Origin: Octopus sinensis
Taxonomy: Eukaryota
Direction: 5' to 3'
DNA: 64,000 nt
Assembly: GCF_006345805.1 (NCBI RefSeq)
Contig: NC_042997.1
Location: forward strand, 54,498,001 to 54,562,000
Numbering within the stretch: the stretch's first letter is position 1; each line of letters begins with the position of its first letter. This document shows positions 38,502-50,863 of the stretch, piece after piece. Position numbers and translations under genes: made by a program. Below the pieces are notes generated by a model that searched no databases, was not told the origin of the DNA, and saw only the letters and a list, made by a program, of their open reading frames with translations.

Positions 38502-38642
38502 AATACCAAACGAGTTCCCTATGGATACCATATTTATTACGAGTGGCTTGTAAACGTATCTAACGAGCGAAAGCTCGTTAGATACGTTTACAAGCCACGA
38601 GTTGTAATAAATACGGTATCCATAGGGAATGAGTTTGGTATT
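38502..38642. repeat. 141-nt hairpin with a perfect 26-bp inner stem and GAAA loop
   Basis: 38543-38568 pairs exactly with 38573-38598. Further 10, 15 and 10 bp paired blocks lie outside it. Confidence 0.9.
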
Positions 38643-39383
38643 TTATTTATTACACAAGAATAAACGACCATATTTTATTAACCCAATAACTAAATTCTTC
38701 ACATCGTGTTGAAGCGCGCATGAATACAGCTTGATTTCACATCAGTGACGTCACAATGTGTAACTGTAAAAGATGTCATGCCGCAGGAAGATAGTCCGAC
38801 TTTATAGCGCTAAGTTTTCAGGTGAAATGACTGATAACTGATGACTGTTTAACGCAACAAAAAATTGAATTACCACCAGAAATGTTTATATTTTATGTGT
38901 ATATGACTTTAAGTGATATCTGGTATAAAAAAGATAGTATGTTTGTTTAATTACATGGCTACATTCTACCTGCTTGTGAAAGTAATGAATGAAGTTTAGT
39001 TGTAACTTATGAATGACAAAAGTAGTGCCAACACCGTGACCTCGGGTCATCACCATGGATTGACCAATCAGAAGCAGCGCTCGCAGTATCTGTCATATGT
39101 TAGATACCAAAAATATCTCAAAGTGTTCTCTCACATGTGTGTAATAAAGGAGGTTTACAAACCAAACAAGACGCACGTCACAGTAAGTCATTTAGGCTTG
39201 TTGGTTCATCCCAAATGTTTTGCTAGCTAATTTCATATGAGTCTTTTCAAGCAACACAACATTCATTCAGCAGACTGAGTGATTGTGAACATGGAACAAA
39301 GCAAGTGCAATTTCTGACGCATATCTTCAATTAATCAAATACATTTGAAAATAGTAATGTGAAATAATTAGGAATATACTTGC

Positions 39384-39481
39384 CATCTACTTTCGTAGAA
39401 CAATGTAATACTGTGGTGATGGTGTGTGTATAGCGGATGAGATCAACCCCATACTTTTTGCTATTTAGTGTTCTTTTGGGC
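39384..39481 (-). CDS. WDR82: WDR82 coding exon 2 (98 nt), followed by a GC donor
   Basis: CTCCAG|[32 protein letters not shown](D)|GCAAGT. Phase matches exons 1 and 3. Confidence 0.93.
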
Positions 39482-41983
39482 CTGGAGGGAATAAGAAAAG
39501 TATTAGATACAAAAACATTTATTGCAATACATTTATTACATAAAACACAGGTGTTTGCATTCCATCTATAATAGACATTCAAAGCAAACTAGGGAAGTTT
39601 TCTAAGGCATTGCTCATTACCACAAATCCAAATACTCTTACTGTACCAATCAATATTAAAATAGGAACCATTTTCAATTCTTCATTGGGCTGAACCTTTT
39701 GAAAGGCCATACAGAAAGGCATAGTCATGCTGTGTGTGTAAGAGGGTTTTGTAGGATCAAAGACCAAATTGAAGAACAGCAGTTTGAGATGCTAAGGAAA
39801 AGAAGTCATGGACGAAACCAAAGTATAGTGTTTAAGGTAATAATTACACTTGTTGATTATCCAACTAAATTCAGAAATTTTAATTCAAATAGGTTGAATT
39901 AAAATAATTCAACCAATTTTAAAGCCACGTGAATACAAGTGAATCAACTTCTGTTCAATATAGTCTACAACCTAAAGAAAAGATTTAGTATACATAGTTC
40001 TACACTACATTTATATTATACATGGTAAAATATTAGTTCTTTATTGGAAAACTCAAGTATTTTAACAGAAGAAATGTCTAAATTAATTAGTTGAGTCTAT
40101 ACGGAAGCTCAAGTCGTAAATACATTGAGCTACATAGACAGTACTTGAGTTAGCATTTAGTTTGGTATATTTCCACCCATGTGCAATTAGTTTATTTATT
40201 GGCTTTTCTTTGAATTAGATTAGAGCTTACGAACTATTAGAATAACTTTAAAAACTCTTTCCAATACATAACTTAACTTATAATAAGCATTGTTTTTATA
40301 GTTTCAATTTATCTCAAGAATGGCTCTACGATTCTAAGTTAATATTAAGAGCACTCGTAATAAAACAGGTTTCAATGTTTCACAACAATTATACCCATTT
40401 TAATGGATTTAAAAAAAAATTATCTTGAATCAAAGTAATTCTTTAAATTGTTATTTTTGCATATTAGTTTCATGTGATAATTTTGTATTTATAGATGGAA
40501 TGCACATATTTGGGGTAAAAAAAACTGAAGTCATTTGTTCATTTTCATATAAATTAATCAAATTTTGTTTAATACACATTATTTTTCTATGTATCTCTCG
40601 AAAAACTACATTCACGGATTTAGAGTAGATTAAAAATTCTTTGATGACATATTTACAGTTTTAATTTCTACAGGGGAAGGAAACAGGTCTGGACCGAAAA
40701 ACCAGTCCCCAGTTTTTGTCTTTTTAAAATTACTTTCTGCTAAAAATATTTACTGATCTACGTTTGTAAACATCAGATTTACAAATAAGTCCCTCGGGAA
40801 GAAAAAAAAAAGGAACCCCACGTACTAACGAATAACTTCTTTGAGCACCTTCCATTCCCGAGATTTACTAAAAGATTTTTCTCATTTCTGTGGCTATAAA
40901 GAATGACTCGTCATGCGGTGCATAACAGCATGAAAAGAAAGGAAAAAACTGCGTAACCGACACAATTTTATCAATATCGAACGATTAATGAAGGTGGTTT
41001 CCTGAATCTATACTAAGCGCACAGAATTGACAGCTAAGTGCATACAAAGCTAGCTAATAGAGAAGGAGGTGCAAGGCGTATGTTAATGACACTAATATTT
41101 GGCGCCAGTCTCCTAAGCACAAGCAGATTTGACTGCATGTAAACAGAACGGATCAATGGGTGGAGGGAACAACTGTTATTTAAGTGAATGAAACAGTTAA
41201 TGTTGAGTAAATTACGTTTTCATTTGCTAAAAATAGCTTCCTAAGTTATTGATCATTATGAAGGCTCTTTAGAGACACTTGTTCTTGGCAAAAGTATTTA
41301 AAAAATGAATAAAAAACACTTTAATATTTACTAAACAGCTTGTGATGAAGGAGAATATTTTCCTTCCAGGTTGCTCTGAATATCATTTAAATCGAAACAA
41401 AAAGGAGAGAGAAATCTTAAATATATAAACTGGTGTGGTACTCATGACTCAGTAAAGCTGAAGAAAAAAGTGCATCTTTGATGGAGAGATATGATAATTC
41501 TAAGTCTCCGCCATTTTTCGAAGCTTATTTTGGCAGAACCACAACCGACGCCGGTCATGGGAAGAAAAATTAGATCGAGCGATCGTAATTTTAAATTTAA
41601 ACATATCTTCCGGATCAATAAACAACCAACGAGTAAATTTTACATCGAAATAATACTCCTTCAAAAGAGTAAACATTTAAATTTAAAAATATGGGTTTAG
41701 AAGGAGGAGAAAACAAGCTGCAATATTCTTCACCGATTGAAGGTCCCTGAAGAAAGTAGCTAATTTTGTTATGAACTAAGCAATCAAGAATGGTCATTCT
41801 GTAATAAGACAAAAGGTCCCTCCCATCTCCTACTTCTACTGAAAGATAAAAGTCGGTCTTTGTGGGTCGTTCTTGGTGAAGTTCTTTTTCCAATTTAAAG
41901 GAAGTCAGAACAATAAACTAGGACGTCATTTTATACCCACTCTCTCTCTCTCTTTCACAGTATAGCTACAGGGAGCAACTTAC

Positions 41984-42144
41984 GTTCCGTTTTGACAGTC
42001 GTATATCACAATGGATTCATCATCACTGCTCGATATAAGTGTCTCCCCGTTTGCATAAAAGTCAATGCTATTTATTTTATCACTGTTCTCCTTAAACACT
42101 TTGGCCACGCGAAATTTACGGACGACTGAGTCTGTCAACTTCAT
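41984..42144 (-). CDS. WDR82: WDR82 coding exon 1 (161 nt); WD40 subunit of SET1/COMPASS and the PP1-PNUTS complex
   Basis: [53 protein letters not shown]|GTAAGT. The nine exons splice into a 936-nt ORF (311 aa). Confidence 0.95.
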
Positions 42145-42160
42145 TTTCCATGTGCATCAT

Positions 42161-42606
42161 TTAGTAGTACGTAAAAATGGTGGATGAAGCTAGCTCTAGT
42201 ATGTACTGAAGTCAATATATGTTACTATTGGATAAAGATTTTTTTAAATGTATAACCTAAGAATTTTTTTATTTTTGGAACCTTTCAAAAATCACAATAT
42301 TTTGAAAGAAATTAAAAAAGATTGAATCGACTTTTTAATTCCAATTAATAATTTTAAAAATATAGAATAAAAGTCAATTAAAGTTTCAGCAGTAAATAAG
42401 GTGTGAACTTCCTGTTCATAAATAACTTGTACCAAGTCATCATTGATTGAATAGAATTAAGTCCCTCGCTTTTTTTGTTTATGTGCTTTGTAATTTCCTT
42501 CTTTTTTTTTTAATTGTTAATTTCACCAAATAAATATATTTTTGTTTTTGCGGCATATTTCGTCGGCTTAATACGTCATGCCGCATTTTTAAATACATCG
42601 GTAAGA
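42161..42606. promoter_or_regulatory. Candidate bidirectional promoter and putative non-coding first exon of the glycerate kinase gene
   Basis: Immediately upstream of the WDR82 ATG. ETS-like ACTTCCTG at 42407-42414, CpG-containing patch 42550-42600, plus-strand donor ATCG|GTAAGA at 42601. The exon at 48175 starts with an acceptor, so an upstream exon is required. Confidence 0.45.
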
Positions 42607-45600
42607 AAATAATATTTTTGTTTCGCAGCGAAGTGGTATCCTATTGTATTTTCAATAGATTAAAAAACATTTTATTACACATGTAATCATTTAAGATTCT
42701 GCTATACAAACTTTTAAATAAATAAACTAATATTTTTAGTTTATTTATTCATTTGTTTTTAGTGTTAACCTTATTTCTCTCAATTTCTTTTTAAACAACC
42801 ATCCCCTACTTTTATTCTCAACTATAGTTTTTTTTTGCCAGTTAGTATACATTTCATATGAATTTATATCAATTCAGTTTTAAAGAATTTTAGATTTGCA
42901 TATTTAGTTCAATATTAGCTACAATACATATTTTATACATAAGTTGTATGCAACAGAAATACTCTGGAATTTATTTTTTAAAGTTTTCTAGAATAATACT
43001 TGTTTGCGAACTTTATTATACTAATAACTGTCGATTACTAATCTTAGTTTCAGAATTTTCTTTATGGAATTAAATGTTTTGAACTTTCAATTTTTTAAGG
43101 CTTAAGTACGTATTTTATTTATAATAATGGTCTGAACATTTGTTTTGGTATTACCTTTCGTTCTTAGGCCAAACCGGTCGTAAAACCTACGGAAAACCCA
43201 ATCTTAAAACATTAAATTCATTATTGCAGTTGTCAGGTTTCCGAGAGAAACTTGTCTTGTGATAAAATAGTGATTTTTCTTTCTCACACCTTGAAAAAAA
43301 CCGTCTAAATTTCTCAATGACAGTAGCTTATTTTAATGAATGATTAGACAGTCTGATCAAAGGTTGCTCACTTTACACCATTCTTTCATTATTCATCTGA
43401 AACAGTGGTTAGTATTATCACTTTCAGTTGATTCTATTTCTGTTGCATAATCGGATTCACTAAGTGATCTTTATAATCTATACACTTTGAATGAAATTCT
43501 TTCATTGACTATATTTCTTCTTGAGTGCACCCCATTTCGTTAGAGAACAATACCTTAAACCATAGCTAAACTATAAGAAAGACTGACTGGACACATATAA
43601 GCTTTTTTGAGAAGCATTGATCAAACAGAACAAAGGAGTTCCAGTCCTAACCATAATGTGTTTTTGTAGGTGAGAGACAACATTGTCAAGATGACCGAGC
43701 AATTTGGAGGAGACTTAAGTGCCACTTGCAGAAGATCAAGAGGTCTCCCTCACCACCATCAGGTCCTCTTGTGTCCCTTATTTACATTTAGCTCTTGCAG
43801 TTAGTGAAAGGAAGATATACTCCATCCATAAAATCCCAAACTATGATGCAATGAAATATGTACTGAATTTTGAGATATCTAATATGACTGCTTTGAAATC
43901 TCTCCAATCAATGCCAACAGAAAAATAGTTAAATATGATGATCATGAGAATATTCCCATGTGTAGAGTGTTACAAGATTGATTTTGAGGTCATTGAAAGA
44001 AAAAAGTTTTTCTTTTTTTCATGAGAATAACATTAAGAAGTAGAATGCCTTAGATATGATATATAGGCAGTATAAACAGAAAGCATGTGAAGACTGCTGT
44101 GAAAAGAATACAATCTGAGAACAAAGAACATGAAAATATAACAAATTCTTCTGTAGTTTATAACCAATTTAAGTAGCAGAACAGCTGTAGAATAGATAAA
44201 TTTCATCTGAATTTGTCAAACTGAAAAAGACTTTTGATAGGGTTCAAGCACTTAATGCTGTATAGCACATGAAAACTATTTAGGAAATGAGTGAAGGTGC
44301 TTACAAAAAACCCAGTGATTAAGAAGTTTACTTCACAATCTTGAGGTTCTGGGTTCAGCTTCATAATGTGAAGCCTTGTGAATGAATTTGGGTACATGGA
44401 GACTGTACTTATGATTTAAAGGTCTTGTATTGTCATACTTGTGTCATGCTGATTCTGCCTGACAATTATGTGAACGGTTCACATGTCTGTAGAATACATT
44501 GACATGGGCCTCACAAGAAATGGCATAGGATCAAGACAACTGGCAATTTACTGTTTGAGGAGATCTGCCCAGCTCAATAAAATCCAGGACATAGAGGCAT
44601 GTCCCTTATGGTCATGCCCCCCCCCGTCTTCCCAACACCTCTCCCTTCTCCACACCTATAATCACCACTGCTACATTTCCCTCCATTCTCCCTCCTGTAC
44701 CTACCTGCACAAAATATGTTTCTTTTGAATCCCTTCCCCACAACATTCACCTACTACCCCCTCCTGCTTGTGCCCACTCATTACATTTCCCCCTACCAGT
44801 TCTCACTCTCCTTTCACAATCTTGTGAACTCACCCACATTCTCACCCTCTCCAACTCCTAGTCCACTTCACTATGTACAACTCATTGTTATTTGGGTGTA
44901 TGGCCTCTACCCACTCTGTTACATCTTGAACATCTCTCTCTTGTCACATGTTTCTCCTCTAATGTAAAGCACCTTTTTCTGTTCCTTAATACTCCCCCCA
45001 CCCGCAGTTGAGGAGTCTTGTTCTGTAAGTTGCTGAGTGACCTCAGCCTCATAAAAAGCACTCATTAAACTACATAAAATTGTTGGCATTAGGAAGGGCA
45101 TCTAGCCATTGAAACCATGATGAAGGGGACAGCAGAGCTTGGTGTAGACTTCTGACTTGGTAGTTCCTGACAAACTGTCCAACCCATGCCAGCACGGAAA
45201 ACGAATGTTAAATAATGATGGTGATGATGATGTAGTTGTCCAGCTGATAAAACAAAAACATGTTCATATGAAAAAATTAACACCATTGACTTTTCATCAT
45301 CATTTAACATCCATGTTCCATGCTGGCATAGGTTAATTAATTTGACAGGATCCGATGGGTCCTAGGGTTGCATTGTGCTCCAGTATCTGCTTTGGCACAG
45401 TTTCTTTGGTTGGATGCCCTTCCTAATGTCAGCCACTTTACAGATTGTACTAAGTGCTGTTTTTTTGTACACCCAGCACTAGTGAGGTTATCATGCAGCT
45501 TGCTTCATCACAAATTCTGAGGAGGAAACTTTATGCTAGGAGATTAGAAGTGAAGAGAGGTAAAGTAAGAGAGGAAAGGACCAGAGCAGAACAGGTTTCT

Positions 45601-47407
45601 TGCATTTTAGAAGAATTGATGAAATTGATCAGATGGCGCTGGAGATGATAAAAATAGTAGTGATGAGGTATCAGGGTGGACTTTCAAGGTAGGAAGTAGG
45701 GATGAATGGTGCAGAGGTACCAGGAGTGAATGAGTAAAGTAGAAGATTCCTGATAGTGTAGAGCAGCAGAATAGTAATGATGATACAGTAGACAGGAGAA
45801 GGATTAAAGAAATGACATAATGGGTCAGTTGCAGGATTGGATATGGAAAAGAGAGGCAGGCATGTATGAGGAGGGTGAGACATATGATGGAGGTGGAGTG
45901 GGGTGGGGGAACATAATTTGGTGGCTCAGTGGGGTAGATGATTAATGAAAATAGGGGTGTAGAAAACAGTATTAATCCATGAAGGATAAATAACAAGTGA
46001 AATATTTCCAGGTAGTAAGAAAGTAAGTGGCATCAAGGAAGAGTTGCTGTTAGGGAGCTAATGGGTTCTGTCTTCTTTCTTACTAAAACCTTTATCTTTG
46101 TTAAGTTTAGGTTTATCTCCAAACCTTCTAACATACATGCATGCACACACACACACACACACACACACTCTTCTGGTCACTTTAGCCATATGCTGTTGGT
46201 GATATTTTTTCTTTTTTGGACTTTTCCGTTTTCCTTTCTGATGAAGAAACATGCTCAAAACTGAAAAGTTCAACTTACCCAAAGTGCCATGCAGTGGGAC
46301 TGAGCCTGGAATCATGTGATTGAGACCTATTGGTCATTGCCCTCTTCTACTCACCTATTTTTTCACAATTGCTATGAAAGAACAGAGATGGTGTAAAGAA
46401 AGGTGTTTCGTCATGCAGGAGACATGGCAGCCTCATTAGTGCGAGTGTCATGGTAACACATTCAATACACTCTGCAGTGTGGTTGGTGTTATGAAGGACA
46501 TCCAACTGAAGTAAAAATGTAAAATATGATGTTATGTGAGTGAGATATAGTCCTGAAACACATCTAGCTAAGACACCTAACTCTAAATAAGAACTGCATT
46601 TGATCATGGAAACCTGTCCAATCCATATCAGTATAGAAAGTAGATGTAAAACATTCATTATCGTCTTCATTAGTTACATATATGTATTTTGATCTTAATT
46701 GATATCATCACTGTAATATTGAATTTTAATTTTAATTTATTTATAGATGTCATAGAATAATTTTGCTTGATCAAAGATGATCTGAAGTTGAGTAACAGCA
46801 TTAACAAATATTTATTTTAAAGTCACAAGACAATCCCCACTCTCACAAATATATAGGAAATAGGAATTGTGGCATTTATGCCTTTTCTAAGATTCTTAGT
46901 AGCATAAGTGAAATAAAATAGCTTCAATCAGGGATCAAAAGTAGGTTGTTGACTCAGTTGGGTACTTAACTTTATGATGTTAGCTAACATCAATATGATG
47001 CAACCTTGCAATAAATTTTCACACACTTAAAAACCATTACTTTTCTGAACTCGTTGAGGTATTTCAATAATTATTTGCGGTATTATCTATTGGTTGGTTA
47101 AAATGAGGGGGTGGTATGTTTTGCTAAAGATGAAGTAAACCCTCACAATTTCTGAGGTAGGGTTGGAATTCAAGACTAAAAATGTCACTTATCTCAGAAT
47201 GCTTTCTACTGACATATCACTTAGTCACCATGAGATTTCATAAGAAATAATAAGTTTGTATCACTTTCTAAATTGAATTGACTGCCCATTCTTTAGGAAA
47301 AGAAGTGCTCAGAATTAAGTTATCTTAAAAGTTCATGTGGCATCAAAAAGGTTACTTTATATGCACTTTTGACAAGTTGTGGTGCACCTGAGCACTATAC
47401 AATAATT

Positions 47408-47442
<35 letters not shown>

Positions 47443-48186
47443 ACAACAACATATGTAAACAAAATTTAATTTGTTTTTTTTAGAAGCGTCAAATGTGTAT
47501 TGTACAAACAAGAAGGTAATATTTCGAACACAGTATATCCGTGTAAACTGCAGAAAGCTTGGGTATTATTGCCCTTATAAGATGGTAAAAAGGTGTTAAT
47601 AGACAGTTTTTTACTGACAACTTTTTTCCGTCTTATGAGGGTAATAATACCTAATCTTTCTGCTGTTTTCACAGCTGTACTGTGTTCAAAATATTACCTT
47701 CTTGTCTGTACAATACAATAAATAATAAATTTAGTTAAGTTAATTAATTCTATCATAATTACTAAATTTGAAGTTCAGTAAAAAGTTTCTTGATTTCAGT
47801 AAAGAAAGCAGTTTCAAATTAAATATTGACTGAAACACTAAAATATACAATGGGATGATGATGATGAGGAGGAGGAAGATGGTGATGGTGGGGATGATGA
47901 TGATAATATTGATGGTTGTAGCAGTGGTAGTTATTTGTTGTTTACTTGGTTGTGGGATGAATTATAAGTTCACACAAAAAGGGTTAGTAAATTAAATATT
48001 TTAACTTTTCATTTTGCAAGTTAAACAGAATGGTATTTTTCAAAGAAATTTCATTGACATCAACATCAATGACAATTTCTATTTTTTTTATTTATGATAA
48101 AATAAAAATTTATATTTAAAGATGTTGTCTTGGATATATTCGGTTAAATGAAATTTCATTTCATTTCATTCCAGATATCAGTTTAT

Positions 48187-48584
48187 ATGGCTATCAAATT
48201 CATTCTTAGGAGTACAGTTTTTGTTACTTCTGCAATAAGAAACTCTTGGAGGTTTCCACTTTTCACACAGTTTAGATCAATGACGACATCACAATACTTT
48301 GGATCCAGCCATAATAGCTGTGTTACCATTTTCAATTCTGCTGTTGAAGCTGTTCTTCCTGATAGAATGATACAAAAGCATGTTGTGTTCTCTGAAAAGG
48401 ACAACTTACTAACAGTTGCTGAAAAGTCATTTAAGGTAAATAAGAATGTCTATATCATAGGATTTGGCAAAGCAGTGTGTGGTATGGCTGCAGCTGTTGA
48501 TGTACTTTTAGAGAAGAATATTGTAAAAGGTATTCTCAGTATTCCTTTTGGAATGCAACAAACATTAAAAAATTCTGGGAAAAG
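48187..48584 (+). CDS. GLYCTK: Glycerate kinase (GLYCTK, MOFRL family), first coding exon; gene continues beyond the window
   Basis: TTTCATTCCAG| at 48174/48175, ATG at 48187, IFNSAVEAVLP...NVYIIGFGKAVCGMAAAV..KGILSIPFG (GFGKA motif of class II glycerate kinases), donor AAAAG|GTAAGC. Confidence 0.85.
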
Positions 48585-49685
48585 GTAAGCATAACATTTC
48601 AAAATTCTTTTGTTGAACTATTTTCTGTTTTATAATCATCAGTGCAGACCATTTGTCTTCGACACAGTCACAATATTTTGGTATATGTTAGTACAGTTAC
48701 TGAGGTCTACTTATGCTATGATTTAATTATTTAATATCCTCCAATTCTAAAGTATAGTAAATAGTTGGTTAGTAAGTATATCAATGTAATAATACAGAAG
48801 GTAGGTACATTGAATATGCAATGTTCACTTCTGAAAAGTTTGTGCACAGGTGGGCTGAAAATGTAATAGAGCAACCAAGACATTGGTTGATTTATAACAA
48901 TACTAAAAATGTGTTATAAGAATGAATGGGGCATATTGGCTGAAATATACCATTGGTTGGTAGTGATAGGTATCAACAGTAGAGGTGGACCAAGGAAGAT
49001 TTGGATTGAAGTTGATAGGAAATATCTACATATTTTATATTGAGCTGATGTAATGACTCAAAACTGAAATGTATGCTTTTCTAGCATAGAAAAACAAATA
49101 TGAAACATGATGACAGAAATGATTATAAAACCCTTTAGAGCCTCTAGTACTTGACTTGTGCTTAGTTTATCAATCCCACCTTTGTGACAGACAAAGTTGA
49201 CTTTGATGACATTTATACTTATTCATAAAATACTAAAGTATAGATTATATAAATCTCATAGGGTTCTCTAATATCTGTTTCATCTTCATTTTACTTTGTT
49301 AGAGTAAATATTAACAAGTATTTGATTGTAGAAAAAAAAAATTGTCAAAAATAATTTCAAAGTTTTTAATCAAGAATACACCGTTTCTCACAAAACAAGA
49401 TAAATGACTTTTAATAGTTTGTTGCCAGAATCTCAGGGAAATTGGGTATGGATTGGATAGATTATCCTAAACTTATTCCTTTAAGATTCCATGAATATCA
49501 CATTCTGAACTTGAATATCTTTATCTTTTACTTGTTTTAGTCATCGAACTGCAGCCCTTCTGGGGCACCACCTTGAATTTTAGTTGTACAAATGAACTCT
49601 AGTACTTATTTTACTTTAATTCTATAGCATTCAGATTATTCAGTCAAATGTATCACTTATTTATACACTTTGATGCATTATCTTG

Positions 49686-49970
49686 CAGGGTGGAGCAGAC
49701 TCGCGGTAGAGGGATCGCGGGTTCGAATCTCAGACCGAGCAATGTGTGTGTTTATGAGCGAAACACCTAAGCTCCACGCGGCTCCGACAGAAGGTAATGG
49801 CAAACTTCTGCTGACTCTTTCGCCACAACTTTCTCTCACTCTTCCCTCCTGCATCTTGCAGCTCACCTGTGACGGACCGGCGTCCCATCCAGGTAGGGAA
49901 CCTATATGCCAAGGAAACCGGGAAACCAGCCCTTATGAACCAGGCGTGGCTCGAGAAGGAACAAACATTA
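49686..49970 (+). mobile_element. tRNA-derived SINE with a Deu/Nin-like 3' domain
   Basis: GGGTTCGAATCTC B box, AAGCTCCACGCGGCTCCG, GACGGACCGGCGTCCCATCCAGG...GGAAACCGGGAA. Confidence 0.7.
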
Positions 49971-50429
49971 TCTTACAGCTTCAAGATTCGATGACATGAT
50001 TGTTTATTTTAAAATTGGCTTTGTAGGGTAGGTGTCAGAGACCAGATCTAGTCAGTTTGAACACAAAACAGGCAGAATATTTGGGCCGGTTATGGCCTGT
50101 TTAAATGTTAGAGCAGTGTTTTTCAACCATTTTACTCTTGTGCAACCCTTCAAATAAATTACATGTCTCAAGGAACCCCTGCACAAAAAAATTATAAACC
50201 ATATCTTATATTTTTTCATCGTAGTTCACGTGATAAATATCATATATATACACACACACACACATACAATTTATATTATTAATTGAACATCACGCATCTA
50301 TTTCCAAGTTAGACTATTTCAAAAAAATGTCCTCTCTTTCAGACCGGAAATTTTTGTATTGGAACAAATAGAACCTTAGAGTACATTATGTACATTTGAT
50401 GGATATTTGTCCTCATCATGTTTGTTGTT

Positions 50430-50472
50430 AACACGTTTTGGCTGATATACCCTCCAGCCTTCATGAGGTGTC
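50430..50472 (-). ncRNA. Hammerhead motif, degenerate copy C
   Basis: GACAC-CTCATGA-A-GGCTG..CAGCC-AAAAC-GTGTT (G5 to C, G12 to A). Confidence 0.45.
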
Positions 50473-50726
50473 TTGGGGAAATTTCGAACCTGGGTTCTCA
50501 TTCCTAAGGTATTTTTCAATGTTGTTGTTGTTGTTATTGTCATTATTATTCAGGTCACTGCCTAGAATCGAACTCGGAATCTTGGGATTAGTAGTCCACG
50601 TTCTTAACCACTACGCCATGGGCACATAGCGTAGTGTTTAAGAGCGCGGGCTACTAACACCAAGATTCCGAGTTTGGTTCCAGGCAGTGACCTGAATAAT
50701 AATAATAATAATAACAACAACAACAA

Positions 50727-50761
<35 letters not shown>

Positions 50762-50817
50762 ACAACAACATCGAAAAATACCTTAGGAATGAGAACTCAA
50801 GTTCAAAATTTCTCCAA

Positions 50818-50863
50818 GACACCTCATGAAGGCTGGAGAGTATATCAGCCGAAACATTGTATT
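50818..50863 (+). ncRNA. Hammerhead motif, degenerate copy D
   Basis: GACAC-CTCATGA-A-GGCTG..CAGCC-GAAAC-ATTGTATT (G5 to C). Confidence 0.45.

Noticed and set aside
32450-39383. let-7 or another known miRNA in WDR82 intron 2, by analogy with human let-7g
   Set aside because: I found no match to UGAGGUAGUAGGUUGUAUAGUU on either strand by eye. The only strong hairpin (38502-38642) is unrelated.
50560-50690. tRNA genes (also at 27606-27670, 38100-38179, 49690-49730)
   Set aside because: A and B boxes are present, but there is no complete acceptor stem and each continues into repeat body sequence, so they are SINE/pLTR heads.
50438-50822. ORFs with poly-Leu/Met, poly-HT or poly-YI runs (also 56792-57196, 57571-57830, 63384-63734)
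   Set aside because: Translations of microsatellites and repeat units.
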